A stretch of 64,000 nt of DNA from Candidatus Latescibacterota bacterium (GTDB lineage Bacteria > Latescibacterota > UBA2968 > UBA8231): positions 768,001-832,000 of the forward strand of contig OZ220090.1 of assembly GCA_964291625.2 (NCBI GenBank), given 5' to 3'. This document shows, one piece after another, positions 16,737-25,791 of the stretch (position 1 is its first letter; every line of letters begins with the position of its first letter). Below the pieces are notes generated by a model that was given only the letters and a program-made list of their open reading frames with translations, was not told where the DNA came from and searched no databases. Both the position numbers and the translations under genes were made by a program.

Positions 16737-17440
16737 CGGTGCATCCGCCGGATGCGTCGAAGCTCGCGCAGATTCCGCAGGCTGCCGGACAGGGGCCGGA
16801 AGCGGCTGTCGGGGTCGTCCCGCCAGCGCACCGGGACCCGCGCGATGGAATGTCCCGCCCGTGTCGCCAGCAGCAGGATCTCCACGTCGAACATGTAGCC
16901 GTCGACCCGGGCCGCCTCGAAGAGCCCGCGCATGACGGGAGCGCGGAAGAACTTGAAGCCGCACTGAGTGTCCGGGAACTCCCCGAGGCCCAGCCACCAC
17001 CGCGTCAGGCGCCGGAACTGGGCCGAGCCCCACTCCCGGTAGGCACGGCGCGGGGTCCTGATGTCGGACCCGGGGAGCGTGCGGTCCCCGATCGCGATAT
17101 CGGCGCCGGAGGACAGCACCCGGAAGACCTCGTCGAGAGCGGCCGCGTCGGTCTTGTCGTCGGCATCGATGAAGCCCACCACCCGGCCTCGGGCCTCGTC
17201 GAGGCCCAGACGGACGGCGGCGCCCTTGCCTCGGTTCCGGTCCGACCGCAGGCAGCGCACCTCCGGCCGGGCCGACGCCGCCTCTGCCACGACCTCCGCC
17301 GTGCCGTCATCGCTGCCGTCGTCGACGACGATGATCTCGTGCTCCCACGGCCTGGAGGCCAGGAAGGACCGCAGCCCGTCGATGGTACCGACGATGCGGC
17401 TGCGCTCATTGAAGGCGGGGATCAGTACGCTGAGGTCCAT
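16733..17440 (-). CDS. GT2 glycosyltransferase (polyprenyl-phosphate glycosyltransferase-like)
   Basis: LSVLIPAFNE, VVDDGSDD, NRGKG, DAD, DTQCGFKFF, FDVEIL; an alternative start at 17482 is possible. Confidence 0.88.
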   Translation of the reverse strand: MDLSVLIPAFNERSRIVGTIDGLRSFLASRPWEHEIIVVDDGSDDGTAEVVAEAASARPEVRCLRSDRNRGKGAAVRLGLDEARGRVVGFIDADDKTDAAALDEVFRVLSSGADIAIGDRTLPGSDIRTPRRAYREWGSAQFRRLTRWWLGLGEFPDTQCGFKFFRAPVMRGLFEAARVDGYMFDVEILLLATRAGHSIARVPVRWRDDPDSRFRPLSGSLRNLRELRRIRRMHR

Positions 17441-17539
17441 GGCGGAGGCGCGAAGCAGGACCGCACGACGGTGCGGGTCCATCGGGTGGCAGGGCCAATC
17501 CCCGCGGCTCTATACTCTCGGAAACCGGACGAGGGGGCC

Positions 17540-17887
17540 ATGAGCGAAGAGACGGTATTCGACCAGATCCTGAGCGGAGGGATCTCCGCCGACATCGTGT
17601 ACGAGGACGAGCACTGCGTCGCCTTCCGCGACATCAACCCCCAGGCGCCCGTCCACATACTGCTCATCCCGCGCCGCAAGATCACCGGACTGCAGGCGGT
17701 GGAGCCGGCCGATGCCGGCCTCCTCGGGCAGCTGATGGCGGCCGCCTGCGCCGTCGCCCGGCAGGAGGGGATCCGGGAGAGCGGATTCCGATGTGTCATC
17801 AATGCCGGCGCCCACGGAGGACAGGAGGTGCCCTATCTCCACGTGCACCTGCTCGGGGGAAAACAGCTCGGGTGGCCGCCGGGGTGA
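17540..17887 (+). CDS. HIT-family nucleotide-binding protein (HinT-like)
   Basis: AFRDINPQAPVHILLIP, GGQEVPYLHVHLLGG, WPPG terminus. Confidence 0.9.
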   Translation: MSEETVFDQILSGGISADIVYEDEHCVAFRDINPQAPVHILLIPRRKITGLQAVEPADAGLLGQLMAAACAVARQEGIRESGFRCVINAGAHGGQEVPYLHVHLLGGKQLGWPPG

Positions 17888-17916
17888 CGGCTCCGCAGGC
17901 GGCGGACTGTCTGGCG

Positions 17917-18540
17917 TCAGTCGCGCCGGATCAGGACGATCCCGTTGGCGGCACCCGGAACGGCGCCCTTGATGAACAGAAGGTTGCGCTCCCCGTCGAC
18001 GCGGACGATCTGAAGGCCCCGGGTGGTGACCTTGCGGTCCCCCATGTGGCCGGGCATCTTCTTGCCCTTCCACACCTTGCCGGGCGTCGTCCCCTGGCCG
18101 ATGGCGCCGGGGTGCCGCACGCGGTCGGGCGTACCGTGAGAGGTGTTCTTGCCGCGGAAACCGTAGCGCTTGACGACGCCGGCGAAGCCCTTGCCCTTGG
18201 ATCGACCGGTGACCTTGACGGTGTCGCCCGCCTCGAACTGGGAGACGTCCAGCACCTGACCGACCTCGAATTCCGCGTCCACCCCTTCGGTGCGAACCTC
18301 TCGCAGGTGCCGGTGGGGGGCCACGCCGGCCTTGGCGAACCGGCCGCTGGCGGGCTTGTTCCGCTTGCGCGCCGGAACCTCCTCGAAAGCGAGCTGCACG
18401 GCCGCGTAGCCGTCGCTGTCGTGGGACTTGACCTGAACGACGGGGCAGGCTCCCGCGGCGACGACCGTCACCGGGACCAACTCCTGCCGATCGTTGTACA
18501 CCTGGGTCATGCCCAGCTTCTTGCCGATCAAACCGGCCAT
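17917..18540 (-). CDS. rplC: 50S ribosomal protein L3 (stand-alone)
   Basis: GKKLGMTQ, DGYAAVQ, SKGKGFAG, SHG..R.PGAIG, KGKKMPGHMG, KGAVPG. Confidence 0.97.
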   Translation of the reverse strand: MAGLIGKKLGMTQVYNDRQELVPVTVVAAGACPVVQVKSHDSDGYAAVQLAFEEVPARKRNKPASGRFAKAGVAPHRHLREVRTEGVDAEFEVGQVLDVSQFEAGDTVKVTGRSKGKGFAGVVKRYGFRGKNTSHGTPDRVRHPGAIGQGTTPGKVWKGKKMPGHMGDRKVTTRGLQIVRVDGERNLLFIKGAVPGAANGIVLIRRD

Positions 18541-18608
18541 CTGGCTTTCCTCGCCCACTCGTTCCCGCGGGATCGGCGGGGACCGGGCGGGCCTCTTGGG
18601 TTTTCGGA

Positions 18609-19559
18609 TTGAAACGTGAAAAGTTATGGAGCGCCCATCCCCTTGGCAATATCGCCCAAAGATGCGGCCCCGGGGATGCCGTCCTCCGCGGAGGGGCCCT
18701 CGGGGACTTCGTCCTGACCTTGCCCGCCATCGCCGCCCTGCGGGAAACGGGAGACGAGGGGATGCTGATCATCGGCGATCCCGCGCGCGCCTCGCTGGTT
18801 TCACCGACGGGCACCGTCAACGCCGATTCCGCCGCCTGGTCCCGCCTCTACACCGGAGGCCCGCCGGAGCCGTCCCTGCGTCGGCGGTTCGCCGGTTGCC
18901 GGCGCCTGCTCGCCTACGTCCCCGGCGGCGAGGCGTCCGCTCCCGGCCTGGTGGCCTCCCTGCGCCAGTTGGCCGACAGGGTCGTCGTCGCCGATCCCCT
19001 CCCTGTCGAGGGGGAAGGGACCCACATGGCCGCCCACCTGACGCGCCCCCTCGCTGAATTCGGCATCCGGCCGCCCGGCACTCCGCTGCCCCGCGTCGAC
19101 GTGCCCCCCCGGACCCGGCGGCGGGGTCCGGTGGTCGTCCACCCCGGCAGCGGGAGCCCGGAAAAGTGCTGGCCGGTCCCGCGCTTTGAGAGGATCCTCG
19201 AGTGGATCTCCCGCCGAGGCCCTGCCGTCGTGCTGTGGGGACCCGCCGAAGAGGCTCGCCGAGAACAGCTCGGCCCCTTCCTGCCTGCGGATCGCCTCTC
19301 TCCCGCCACCCCAGTCGAGCTGGCAGAGGCCCTGGCCGGCGCCCGTCTGTACATCGGCAACGACTCGGGACCCGGGCATCTCGCGGCGGCGGTGGGTACA
19401 CCCACCATCTCTCTCTTCGGGCCCACCGATGCCTCCATATGGCGTCCCTTGGGGCCCCGGTCCACGGTGATCGAGGCACCGGGGGCGAACATGGAATCCC
19501 TGCCCGTGGAGGAGGTCCTCGGCGCCGTGGAGGCGGAGTTGGCCTTGGACCCGTGCTGA
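18609..19559 (+). CDS. GT9 glycosyltransferase (ADP-heptose:LPS heptosyltransferase-like)
   Basis: RGGALGDFV, HPGSGSPEKCWP, GNDSGPGHLAAA, LFGPT; start uncertain. Confidence 0.85.
   Translation: MKREKLWSAHPLGNIAQRCGPGDAVLRGGALGDFVLTLPAIAALRETGDEGMLIIGDPARASLVSPTGTVNADSAAWSRLYTGGPPEPSLRRRFAGCRRLLAYVPGGEASAPGLVASLRQLADRVVVADPLPVEGEGTHMAAHLTRPLAEFGIRPPGTPLPRVDVPPRTRRRGPVVVHPGSGSPEKCWPVPRFERILEWISRRGPAVVLWGPAEEARREQLGPFLPADRLSPATPVELAEALAGARLYIGNDSGPGHLAAAVGTPTISLFGPTDASIWRPLGPRSTVIEAPGANMESLPVEEVLGAVEAELALDPC
18621..18649 (-). promoter_or_regulatory. Dedicated promoter of rplC
   Basis: TTGCCA-17 nt-TAACTT. Confidence 0.55.
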
Positions 19560-20206
19560 GACTCGGACGCCGAAAGGGGGGCGACCGGGAGCTGCGGACC
19601 CGAATGGTGAAGGACCAGTTGCGGCGCCGCGGAATCCGCGATGAAAGAGTCCTCTCCGCCTTCGAGCGCGTGCCCCGCCACGCCTTCGCCGACGGTCTGG
19701 ATCTCGGGCGCTGCTACGGAGACCACCCCCTGCCGATCGGCTGCGGCCAGACCATGTCGCAGCCTTACGTCGTGGCCTACATGCTCGAAACGGCGGGGAT
19801 TCGCCAGGAGGACCGAGTCCTCGAGATCGGGGCCGGCTGCGGCTATCAGACAGCCCTGCTGGCGGAACTCGCTCACGAGGTCATGGCCCTGGAGTACCAC
19901 GACCGGCTGGCGACCCGGGCCCGCCGCCGGCTCCACCGCCTCGGCTACGCCGGAATCGATCTCCGCGTCGGTGACGGACGCCTCGGCTGGCCGGGGGGCG
20001 GGACCTTCGACGCCGTCATCGGCGCGGCGGCGGCGCCCCGCATCCCCGACCCCCTCCTCGATCAGCTGGCACCGGAAGGACGGCTGGTCATGCCCCTGGG
20101 AGCCGGCACCGACCAGCAACTGGTGGTGGTCCGCAGGTGCTCCACCGGCTTCGACCAGCGACGTCTGCTGCCCGTGCGCTTCGTCCCCCTTCTGGGCGAG
20201 GGGTAG
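19553..20206 (+). CDS. pcm: Protein-L-isoaspartate O-methyltransferase
   Basis: VPRHAF, GQTMSQP, VLEIGAGCGYQTA, GDGRLGW, VRFVPL. Confidence 0.93.
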   Translation: MLRLGRRKGGDRELRTRMVKDQLRRRGIRDERVLSAFERVPRHAFADGLDLGRCYGDHPLPIGCGQTMSQPYVVAYMLETAGIRQEDRVLEIGAGCGYQTALLAELAHEVMALEYHDRLATRARRRLHRLGYAGIDLRVGDGRLGWPGGGTFDAVIGAAAAPRIPDPLLDQLAPEGRLVMPLGAGTDQQLVVVRRCSTGFDQRRLLPVRFVPLLGEG

Positions 20207-20210
20207 CTCC

Positions 20211-20723
20211 TCACTCCACGGCTTCGACGATCTCGATCATCACCCGGGCCGTCCCCTGCCTGACCATTTCCAGTTCCAGGGCCGCGGCGAAGGAGAGATC
20301 GAGGACCCGCCCTTCGACGTAGGGCCCGCGGTCGTTCACCTTGACCACCACCCAGCGGCCGTTGTCGAGGTGGGTGACCTTCACCACCGTGCCCAGGGGA
20401 AGCACGCGATGGGCCGCGCTCACCTTGTACATGTTGAAGGTCTCGCCGTTGGCCGTCTTCCTGCCGTGGAACTTCTTGCCATAGTAGGAGGCGATCCCGA
20501 TCTGGTAGGCCTTGTCGGTGGAGATCTTGTCGAGGTCGACGGGATGGGCGGGGGCCTTTGGACGAATGACAGGCGGAGGCTTCTTGTTCCGGCCCCGGTC
20601 GCCAGAGGACTGTGCTTTCCTGGGACTGGCCGGCGCCGGGCCCGGCTGGCTCCGGTAGACGGGGGCCGGCGAGCAACCGTCGAGCAGGATGGCGAGGACG
20701 AGGATGGCGACCAGGCGTGCCAT
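20211..20723 (-). CDS. rlpA: RlpA-family septal ring lytic transglycosylase lipoprotein
   Basis: Lipobox LDGC; ASYYG..FHGRKTANGE, AAHR, VNDRGPY, LDLS. Confidence 0.92.
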   Translation of the reverse strand: MARLVAILVLAILLDGCSPAPVYRSQPGPAPASPRKAQSSGDRGRNKKPPPVIRPKAPAHPVDLDKISTDKAYQIGIASYYGKKFHGRKTANGETFNMYKVSAAHRVLPLGTVVKVTHLDNGRWVVVKVNDRGPYVEGRVLDLSFAAALELEMVRQGTARVMIEIVEAVE

Positions 20724-20739
20724 GGCGTCTTGGGGGCGC

Positions 20740-21651
20740 TCAGAGCCTGAGCGTGCCCACCAGGCTCTCCACTCGGTCCACATCCTCCTGCCGGCAGTAC
20801 TCCTCGATGCCATCGACGATGCGATCCGCGGCGGCGGGCTCGACGAAGGTGGCGGTCCCGACCTGAACCGCCGTCGCCCCGGCGACGATGAACTCGAGGG
20901 CGTCGGTAGCGTTGGAGATGCCCCCGAGGCCCATGATCGGCAGATCCACGGACTGCCTCACCTTGTGCACCAGCGCCAGGGCCACCGGCTTGATCGCCGG
21001 GCCGGAGAGCCCTCCCGTCACGTTGCCCAGAAAGGGGCGGCGCGATGACAGATCGACGGCCATGCCCAGAAGGGTGTTGATCATCGACAGGCCATCCGCT
21101 CCCGCTTCCGCCACGGCCCGGGCGATGGCGGAGATGTCGGTCACGTTCGGTGTGAGCTTGGCGATCACCGGCCGGCTCGTCGAGGCGCGCACGGAGGCGA
21201 TCACCTCGGCCGAGGCCGTGGGACTGCAGCCGAAGAGCATCCCCCCGTCCTTCATGTTGGGAGAGGAGATGTTGACCTCGATGGCGGCGATCCCCTCCGC
21301 TTCCTCGAGCCTGGCGGCCATCTGCCCGTGAAGCCGGGCCGTGGGCGCGGCAATGTTGACGATGACCCGCGTGTCGAGCCGGGAGAGGAAGGGCCACTTG
21401 ACGGACAGGAAGGCCTCGAGCCCCGGGTTCTGCAAGCCGATGGAATTGAGCATTCCCGCCGGCGTCTCCACGACGCGGGGCGGCGGATTCCCGGACCGGG
21501 GTTCGGGTGTGATCGTCTTGGTGACGATGCCTCCGAGGCGCGCCGGGTCGATGAAGGGGGTGAGCTCATCTCCGTAGCCGCAGGTGCCGGATGCGAGGAC
21601 CACCGGGTTGCGCAACTCCATGCCGGCGAAGGTCGTCTTCAGGTCGACCAT
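20740..21651 (-). CDS. pyrD: Dihydroorotate dehydrogenase B catalytic subunit
   Basis: NPVVLASG, NSIGLQNPG, KLTPN, GGLSGPAIKP. Confidence 0.95.
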   Translation of the reverse strand: MVDLKTTFAGMELRNPVVLASGTCGYGDELTPFIDPARLGGIVTKTITPEPRSGNPPPRVVETPAGMLNSIGLQNPGLEAFLSVKWPFLSRLDTRVIVNIAAPTARLHGQMAARLEEAEGIAAIEVNISSPNMKDGGMLFGCSPTASAEVIASVRASTSRPVIAKLTPNVTDISAIARAVAEAGADGLSMINTLLGMAVDLSSRRPFLGNVTGGLSGPAIKPVALALVHKVRQSVDLPIMGLGGISNATDALEFIVAGATAVQVGTATFVEPAAADRIVDGIEEYCRQEDVDRVESLVGTLRL

Positions 21652-21655
21652 TCCC

Positions 21656-22471
21656 TCACCACTCGACGGTTCGGGCGTCGTACACCGGCCCGTCGACACA
21701 GATCCGACTGTACCGATGATAAGGATCGAGCCCGATTCCGGCTCGCCCCACCACGCAGCCCACGCAGACGCCGAAGCCGCAGGCCATGTACTCCTCCAGG
21801 GAGGCATAGCAGCGGACCTCGTGGTCCGCACAGATGCGGGCCACGGAAGCCATCATGGGATGCGGTCCGCAGGTGTAGACCGTGGGCTTCGGAGCCGCCA
21901 GAGCCTGAACGAGCAGGTCCGTGACCCGCCCGGGGTGGCCCAGCGAGCCATCGTCCGTCGCCCGCAGGAAACATGCCGCCGCGGGGTGGAGCAGCTCTTC
22001 GGGCAGGTGCCGGTCGGCGCTCCGGGCGCCTGCCAGGAGGAGCACATGGCGGCCCTCCGCGGCAAGGCGCCGGCCGAGGAACAGCAGCGGCGGCAGACCG
22101 ATCCCCCCTCCCACGAGGACCGCGGTCCCCTCGCCCTTGGGCATGGGGAATCGATTCCCGAGAGGCCCCAGACAGCCGATCGCCTCCCCCTCGGGTACCA
22201 GCGACAGCACTCTCGTCTTGGGGCCGACCCGGTCGTAGAGGATATCTACCGTCCCTTCCGCCGCGTCGACCCCGGCCACGCTCATGGGAAGTCGGAGGTA
22301 TGGCGAGAGCAGGCCGGCGGGCCGGGGTTGCAGCTGCAGGAACTGCCCCGGATGGGCCTGCAGGGCCGCCCCGGGAACCTCGAGTCGGGACAGGAAGAAC
22401 CCCGCCGCCACCTCGACGGTCTCCCGCAGGCGCGCGGGAGCGTCCACGGGGGGACCCGGCTGCGGCGTCAT
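21656..22471 (-). CDS. pyrK: Dihydroorotate dehydrogenase electron transfer subunit
   Basis: GPLGN, GGGIG, CGP, MACGFGVCVGC..CVDGPV 2Fe-2S motif. Confidence 0.93.
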   Translation of the reverse strand: MTPQPGPPVDAPARLRETVEVAAGFFLSRLEVPGAALQAHPGQFLQLQPRPAGLLSPYLRLPMSVAGVDAAEGTVDILYDRVGPKTRVLSLVPEGEAIGCLGPLGNRFPMPKGEGTAVLVGGGIGLPPLLFLGRRLAAEGRHVLLLAGARSADRHLPEELLHPAAACFLRATDDGSLGHPGRVTDLLVQALAAPKPTVYTCGPHPMMASVARICADHEVRCYASLEEYMACGFGVCVGCVVGRAGIGLDPYHRYSRICVDGPVYDARTVEW

Positions 22472-25400
22472 TCCTCGCCCGGGTCTTCCTGCTCCACCGC
22501 GGGCATCGGTGGAGCCGCGGCCTCCTCGGCAACGTCCTGGCCGGCCGCCATGACCGGCGGCGGTTCCCCCGGGCGGCTCCCTGAGGGCAGAGGCATGTCC
22601 TCGCCCGCATCCGGGACGGGCGGCCCCATGGAGACCTCCACCTCCACCCAGACGCGGACCGGCCTCTCGTCCACCCCTTCGGCGGGGTAGAAGGTGTAGC
22701 CTCCGACGGCGGCGAGAGCCGCCGAGGCGAAGGGCTCCTCTCCCCGATAGAGGGAGACTTCCTCGGCCCTTCCGCTCTCCGACACCAGCACGTCGACGAG
22801 AACGGTGCTCGAATCCGTCTGCCCCGACGGGTACTCGGGCGGGGGGCTGGAGCGCACCATGGGAGGCTCGGCGACACCGAAGTAGCGCAGAGGCATCTCC
22901 AGATGCTGGTCCTCCGGCTCGAGCTCCAGCCGCTCCAACTCGTCGATGTCGAGGGGCTCGGACTCCCCCGGGTCGAGTCCGGGATACTGGAGGAGCAGCT
23001 CGCCGACACCGGCGGACTGCGGATCCCTGCGGACGATGGTGCGGAGATAGCTGTTGGCCGAGTCGGCCTGGCCCCGCTGCACGTGATATGCGAAGAGCCG
23101 GTAATGGGGGAGGATGGACCTGGATCTCTGTTTCAGGGCCCGGCGCATGTAGTCGACGGCGTCCTCCAGATACCCCTGGCGCCAGTTGCCCTCCCCCAGG
23201 CCGACGACGGGCTCGGTGTTGGCGGTCCGCTTCTCGTCGAGACTGAGCTCGAACAACTCCTGGGCGGCGCTGAAATCCCCCCGGCGCACGGCGCGCATGC
23301 CGAAACCCACGTGGTTCTTCGCCCTCGAGACGGAGTCCTCGATCACAGGTTCGACGCCGACCAGAAGGATCTGGTGTCCCGGACCGGAGCCTTCCCTCAG
23401 ACCCCTCAGCTCGCGCTCGAGGCGGTCCACCACTCCGTCCCGTTCGGCCTGTCGCCGGCGTTCGACCAGATCGGCGTGCCTGCTCCCCGGATAGTGGGCA
23501 AGGACCGAGTCGTACCTCGCCGCGGCGCCCGTGGAGTCCCCCTGGAGATTCTCGGCGGCCCAGGCGGCCAGGAAGATCGCCCGCCCGGAAACCCTCGTCC
23601 CCGGATAGGCGCCGGCCAGCTCATCCAGCCTGGGCACCCAGCGCGCCGGCTCATCCGGATAGTCGAGCCGCATCCGCTCGATATCGTCGAAGATCCGGGC
23701 CGCCTGGTCCTCGGCCGAGGCCTGCGCCGCCAGTCCGAGATACCGCCGCGCGGCGCTCGCGTGCTCCGTGGCCGGATGGCCGGCCACCAGGCGCTCGAGG
23801 GCAGGCCGGGCCGCCGCCGTGTCCGCCTTCTGCTCGATATGGGTCCACGCCAGGTTGTAGAGGGCCCTGGGAATCTCGCGGGATCCGGGGAAACGGTCGG
23901 CGATGGCCTCGTAGAGCACCGCCGCCGAATCGGGGAGCCCCAGGCGATCGCGGTAGACTTCGGCGGCCGAGAACAGGTTGTCCATGAGGGTTGGCGGCCG
24001 GTCCGACCCGGGCCTGCGCGCCTGCAGCAGCCGCCGGCGCCTGTCCCGGGCCCTCTCCTCGGCCCCCGGGCCCTCCTCCAGGGGCGGGCGAGCCACGAGC
24101 GGCACCCACACGCCCAGAGAGTCCGCGGCCACCACGTAGCCCTCCAGTCCCAGGGGGTCCTCCGGCTCCTGCGCCTCCGGTGGCGGATCCTGGACGGCGG
24201 TGGTATCGGCGTCCTCCACCCGAGTGGAGTCGCTTGCCGCCGTGGCGGCACCAAGGGGAACCGCCGCGGCGCTATCGGCCCCGGCGCCAGGCCGGGCCGC
24301 CGTGAGCAGGCTGTCCACCGCGGTCCCCGCCCGGGACTCCGCGGCGACGCTGTCCAACTCACCCGCCCCGGTCGAGCGGGTGGAGACCTCGGGAGCGCCG
24401 GCCGCCGCCGGAGTCGAGTCGGCGGGCGTGGCGTCGGCGGCAACCGTCGCTTCCGGCCCCGTCAGGTCGTCCATCGCCTGCCCTCGCCCGGGGACGGGCG
24501 CGGGAAGGACACCGGGTGCCGGAGCTGCCCCCGTGCCGGGCCTCGCTTCCGCCGGGACCGGGGCCGGAGCCTGCGGGGCGGAAGCCATGGCGCCCGCCGT
24601 GTCGGGTTCCGCTTGCAGCGGGTCGAGATCCGAGCCCAGGCGCAGGGCCGCGGCCGTGGAGTCGGCCCGGTAGATCTCGTCGAGGAGGGCGTCCAACCGG
24701 TCCGTCGTCCGGAGCATCACCCCGGCCAGTGAATCCCCCTCGGATCCTCGGCGCTCCTGGCTCACCTCCCGGAAGTGCTTCTGGGCATGCTGGCGGTCGC
24801 CGCGGTCCTGCAGGTAGACCAGGCCGGTCTGGTAGAGCGCCATGGCGGAGACCCCAGTGCCCGGGAAGTCGTTGCGCACACGCTCGAACTCGTCCAGCGC
24901 CTCGGAGGGAGCTCCACTCTCGCGGTGGCAGCGGCCGATCAGGATCCGGGTCTCCCCCTCCCAGGGGCGGAAACGCCCTTCCCGGAGCAGGGATCGGTAG
25001 GCTTCGAGGGCCGCGTCCGATGCGCCCTGATGGTAGAGCACGAGGCCGCCGTTCAGGCGCGCCCGGTACTCCACCGAGTCCGCACGGGCCTCGTCGATGG
25101 CGCGGCCGTAGGCGACGGCGGCGCTGTCGAGATCGTCCGGGCCGCCGAGGGAGAGGTGGGCGTTGCCGATCCGCAGCCACAACCGGTCGGACAGCGGGGT
25201 CCTGGGGAAGGCCCTGAGACTCGTCCGGTAGTCCTGGATGGCGGCCCTCAGGTCCCCCCCGCCCAAGGCCATGTCCCCGAGCTCCATGCCGGCGAGGCCG
25301 CCGATGTCGCTGCCCTCCAGGATCAGGGCGGTGAACAGGGCCCGGGCCTCTCCCATGTCGCCCTGCTCGCGCAGGCACCGCGCCCGCCAGAGCCGGGCAC

Positions 25401-25791
25401 GGTCGACGTATTCGCTGTCGGGGAAGTTCCGCTCGAGATCCTCGAAGGACCTGGCCCCGTAGGCGTAGTCGCGCTGCCAGTAGAGCGCCCGGCCGGCGAG
25501 GAACATGGCGTCATCGACGAGCTCGCTGTCGGGGTACTTCTCCAGCACGATGGAGGCCTTGCGCACGGCCTTTTCGTAAAGGCCCTGGTAGCTGGCGCCG
25601 CGCCCCCCCCGGCCCGCCCGACGGCCCGCCTCGGACCCCGCCCGCTCCTCTTCCACCTCGGCGCGGGCCTTCTCGGCCTGCCGGTAGTACTTCTCCGCGT
25701 TGTAGAAGGTGTTGAAGTAGACGCACGACGCACTCGACGTGAGGACCAGTCCCGCCGCCAGGGCCAGGTGGACCGGCCGCCGGTCAGCCAC
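22468..25791 (-). CDS. TPR-repeat lipoprotein with Ala/Pro-rich linker and C-terminal TonB_C-like domain
   Basis: Signal peptide + Cys ([13 protein letters not shown]), many TPR/BamD-like repeats, C-terminal [34 protein letters not shown]. Confidence 0.75.
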   Translation of the reverse strand: MADRRPVHLALAAGLVLTSSASCVYFNTFYNAEKYYRQAEKARAEVEEERAGSEAGRRAGRGGRGASYQGLYEKAVRKASIVLEKYPDSELVDDAMFLAGRALYWQRDYAYGARSFEDLERNFPDSEYVDRARLWRARCLREQGDMGEARALFTALILEGSDIGGLAGMELGDMALGGGDLRAAIQDYRTSLRAFPRTPLSDRLWLRIGNAHLSLGGPDDLDSAAVAYGRAIDEARADSVEYRARLNGGLVLYHQGASDAALEAYRSLLREGRFRPWEGETRILIGRCHRESGAPSEALDEFERVRNDFPGTGVSAMALYQTGLVYLQDRGDRQHAQKHFREVSQERRGSEGDSLAGVMLRTTDRLDALLDEIYRADSTAAALRLGSDLDPLQAEPDTAGAMASAPQAPAPVPAEARPGTGAAPAPGVLPAPVPGRGQAMDDLTGPEATVAADATPADSTPAAAGAPEVSTRSTGAGELDSVAAESRAGTAVDSLLTAARPGAGADSAAAVPLGAATAASDSTRVEDADTTAVQDPPPEAQEPEDPLGLEGYVVAADSLGVWVPLVARPPLEEGPGAEERARDRRRRLLQARRPGSDRPPTLMDNLFSAAEVYRDRLGLPDSAAVLYEAIADRFPGSREIPRALYNLAWTHIEQKADTAAARPALERLVAGHPATEHASAARRYLGLAAQASAEDQAARIFDDIERMRLDYPDEPARWVPRLDELAGAYPGTRVSGRAIFLAAWAAENLQGDSTGAAARYDSVLAHYPGSRHADLVERRRQAERDGVVDRLERELRGLREGSGPGHQILLVGVEPVIEDSVSRAKNHVGFGMRAVRRGDFSAAQELFELSLDEKRTANTEPVVGLGEGNWRQGYLEDAVDYMRRALKQRSRSILPHYRLFAYHVQRGQADSANSYLRTIVRRDPQSAGVGELLLQYPGLDPGESEPLDIDELERLELEPEDQHLEMPLRYFGVAEPPMVRSSPPPEYPSGQTDSSTVLVDVLVSESGRAEEVSLYRGEEPFASAALAAVGGYTFYPAEGVDERPVRVWVEVEVSMGPPVPDAGEDMPLPSGSRPGEPPPVMAAGQDVAEEAAAPPMPAVEQEDPGEE

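Noticed and set aside
21200-21300. PyrD active-site loop reads NISSPN rather than NISCPN
   Set aside because: Ser variants occur among dihydroorotate dehydrogenases; not enough to claim novelty.
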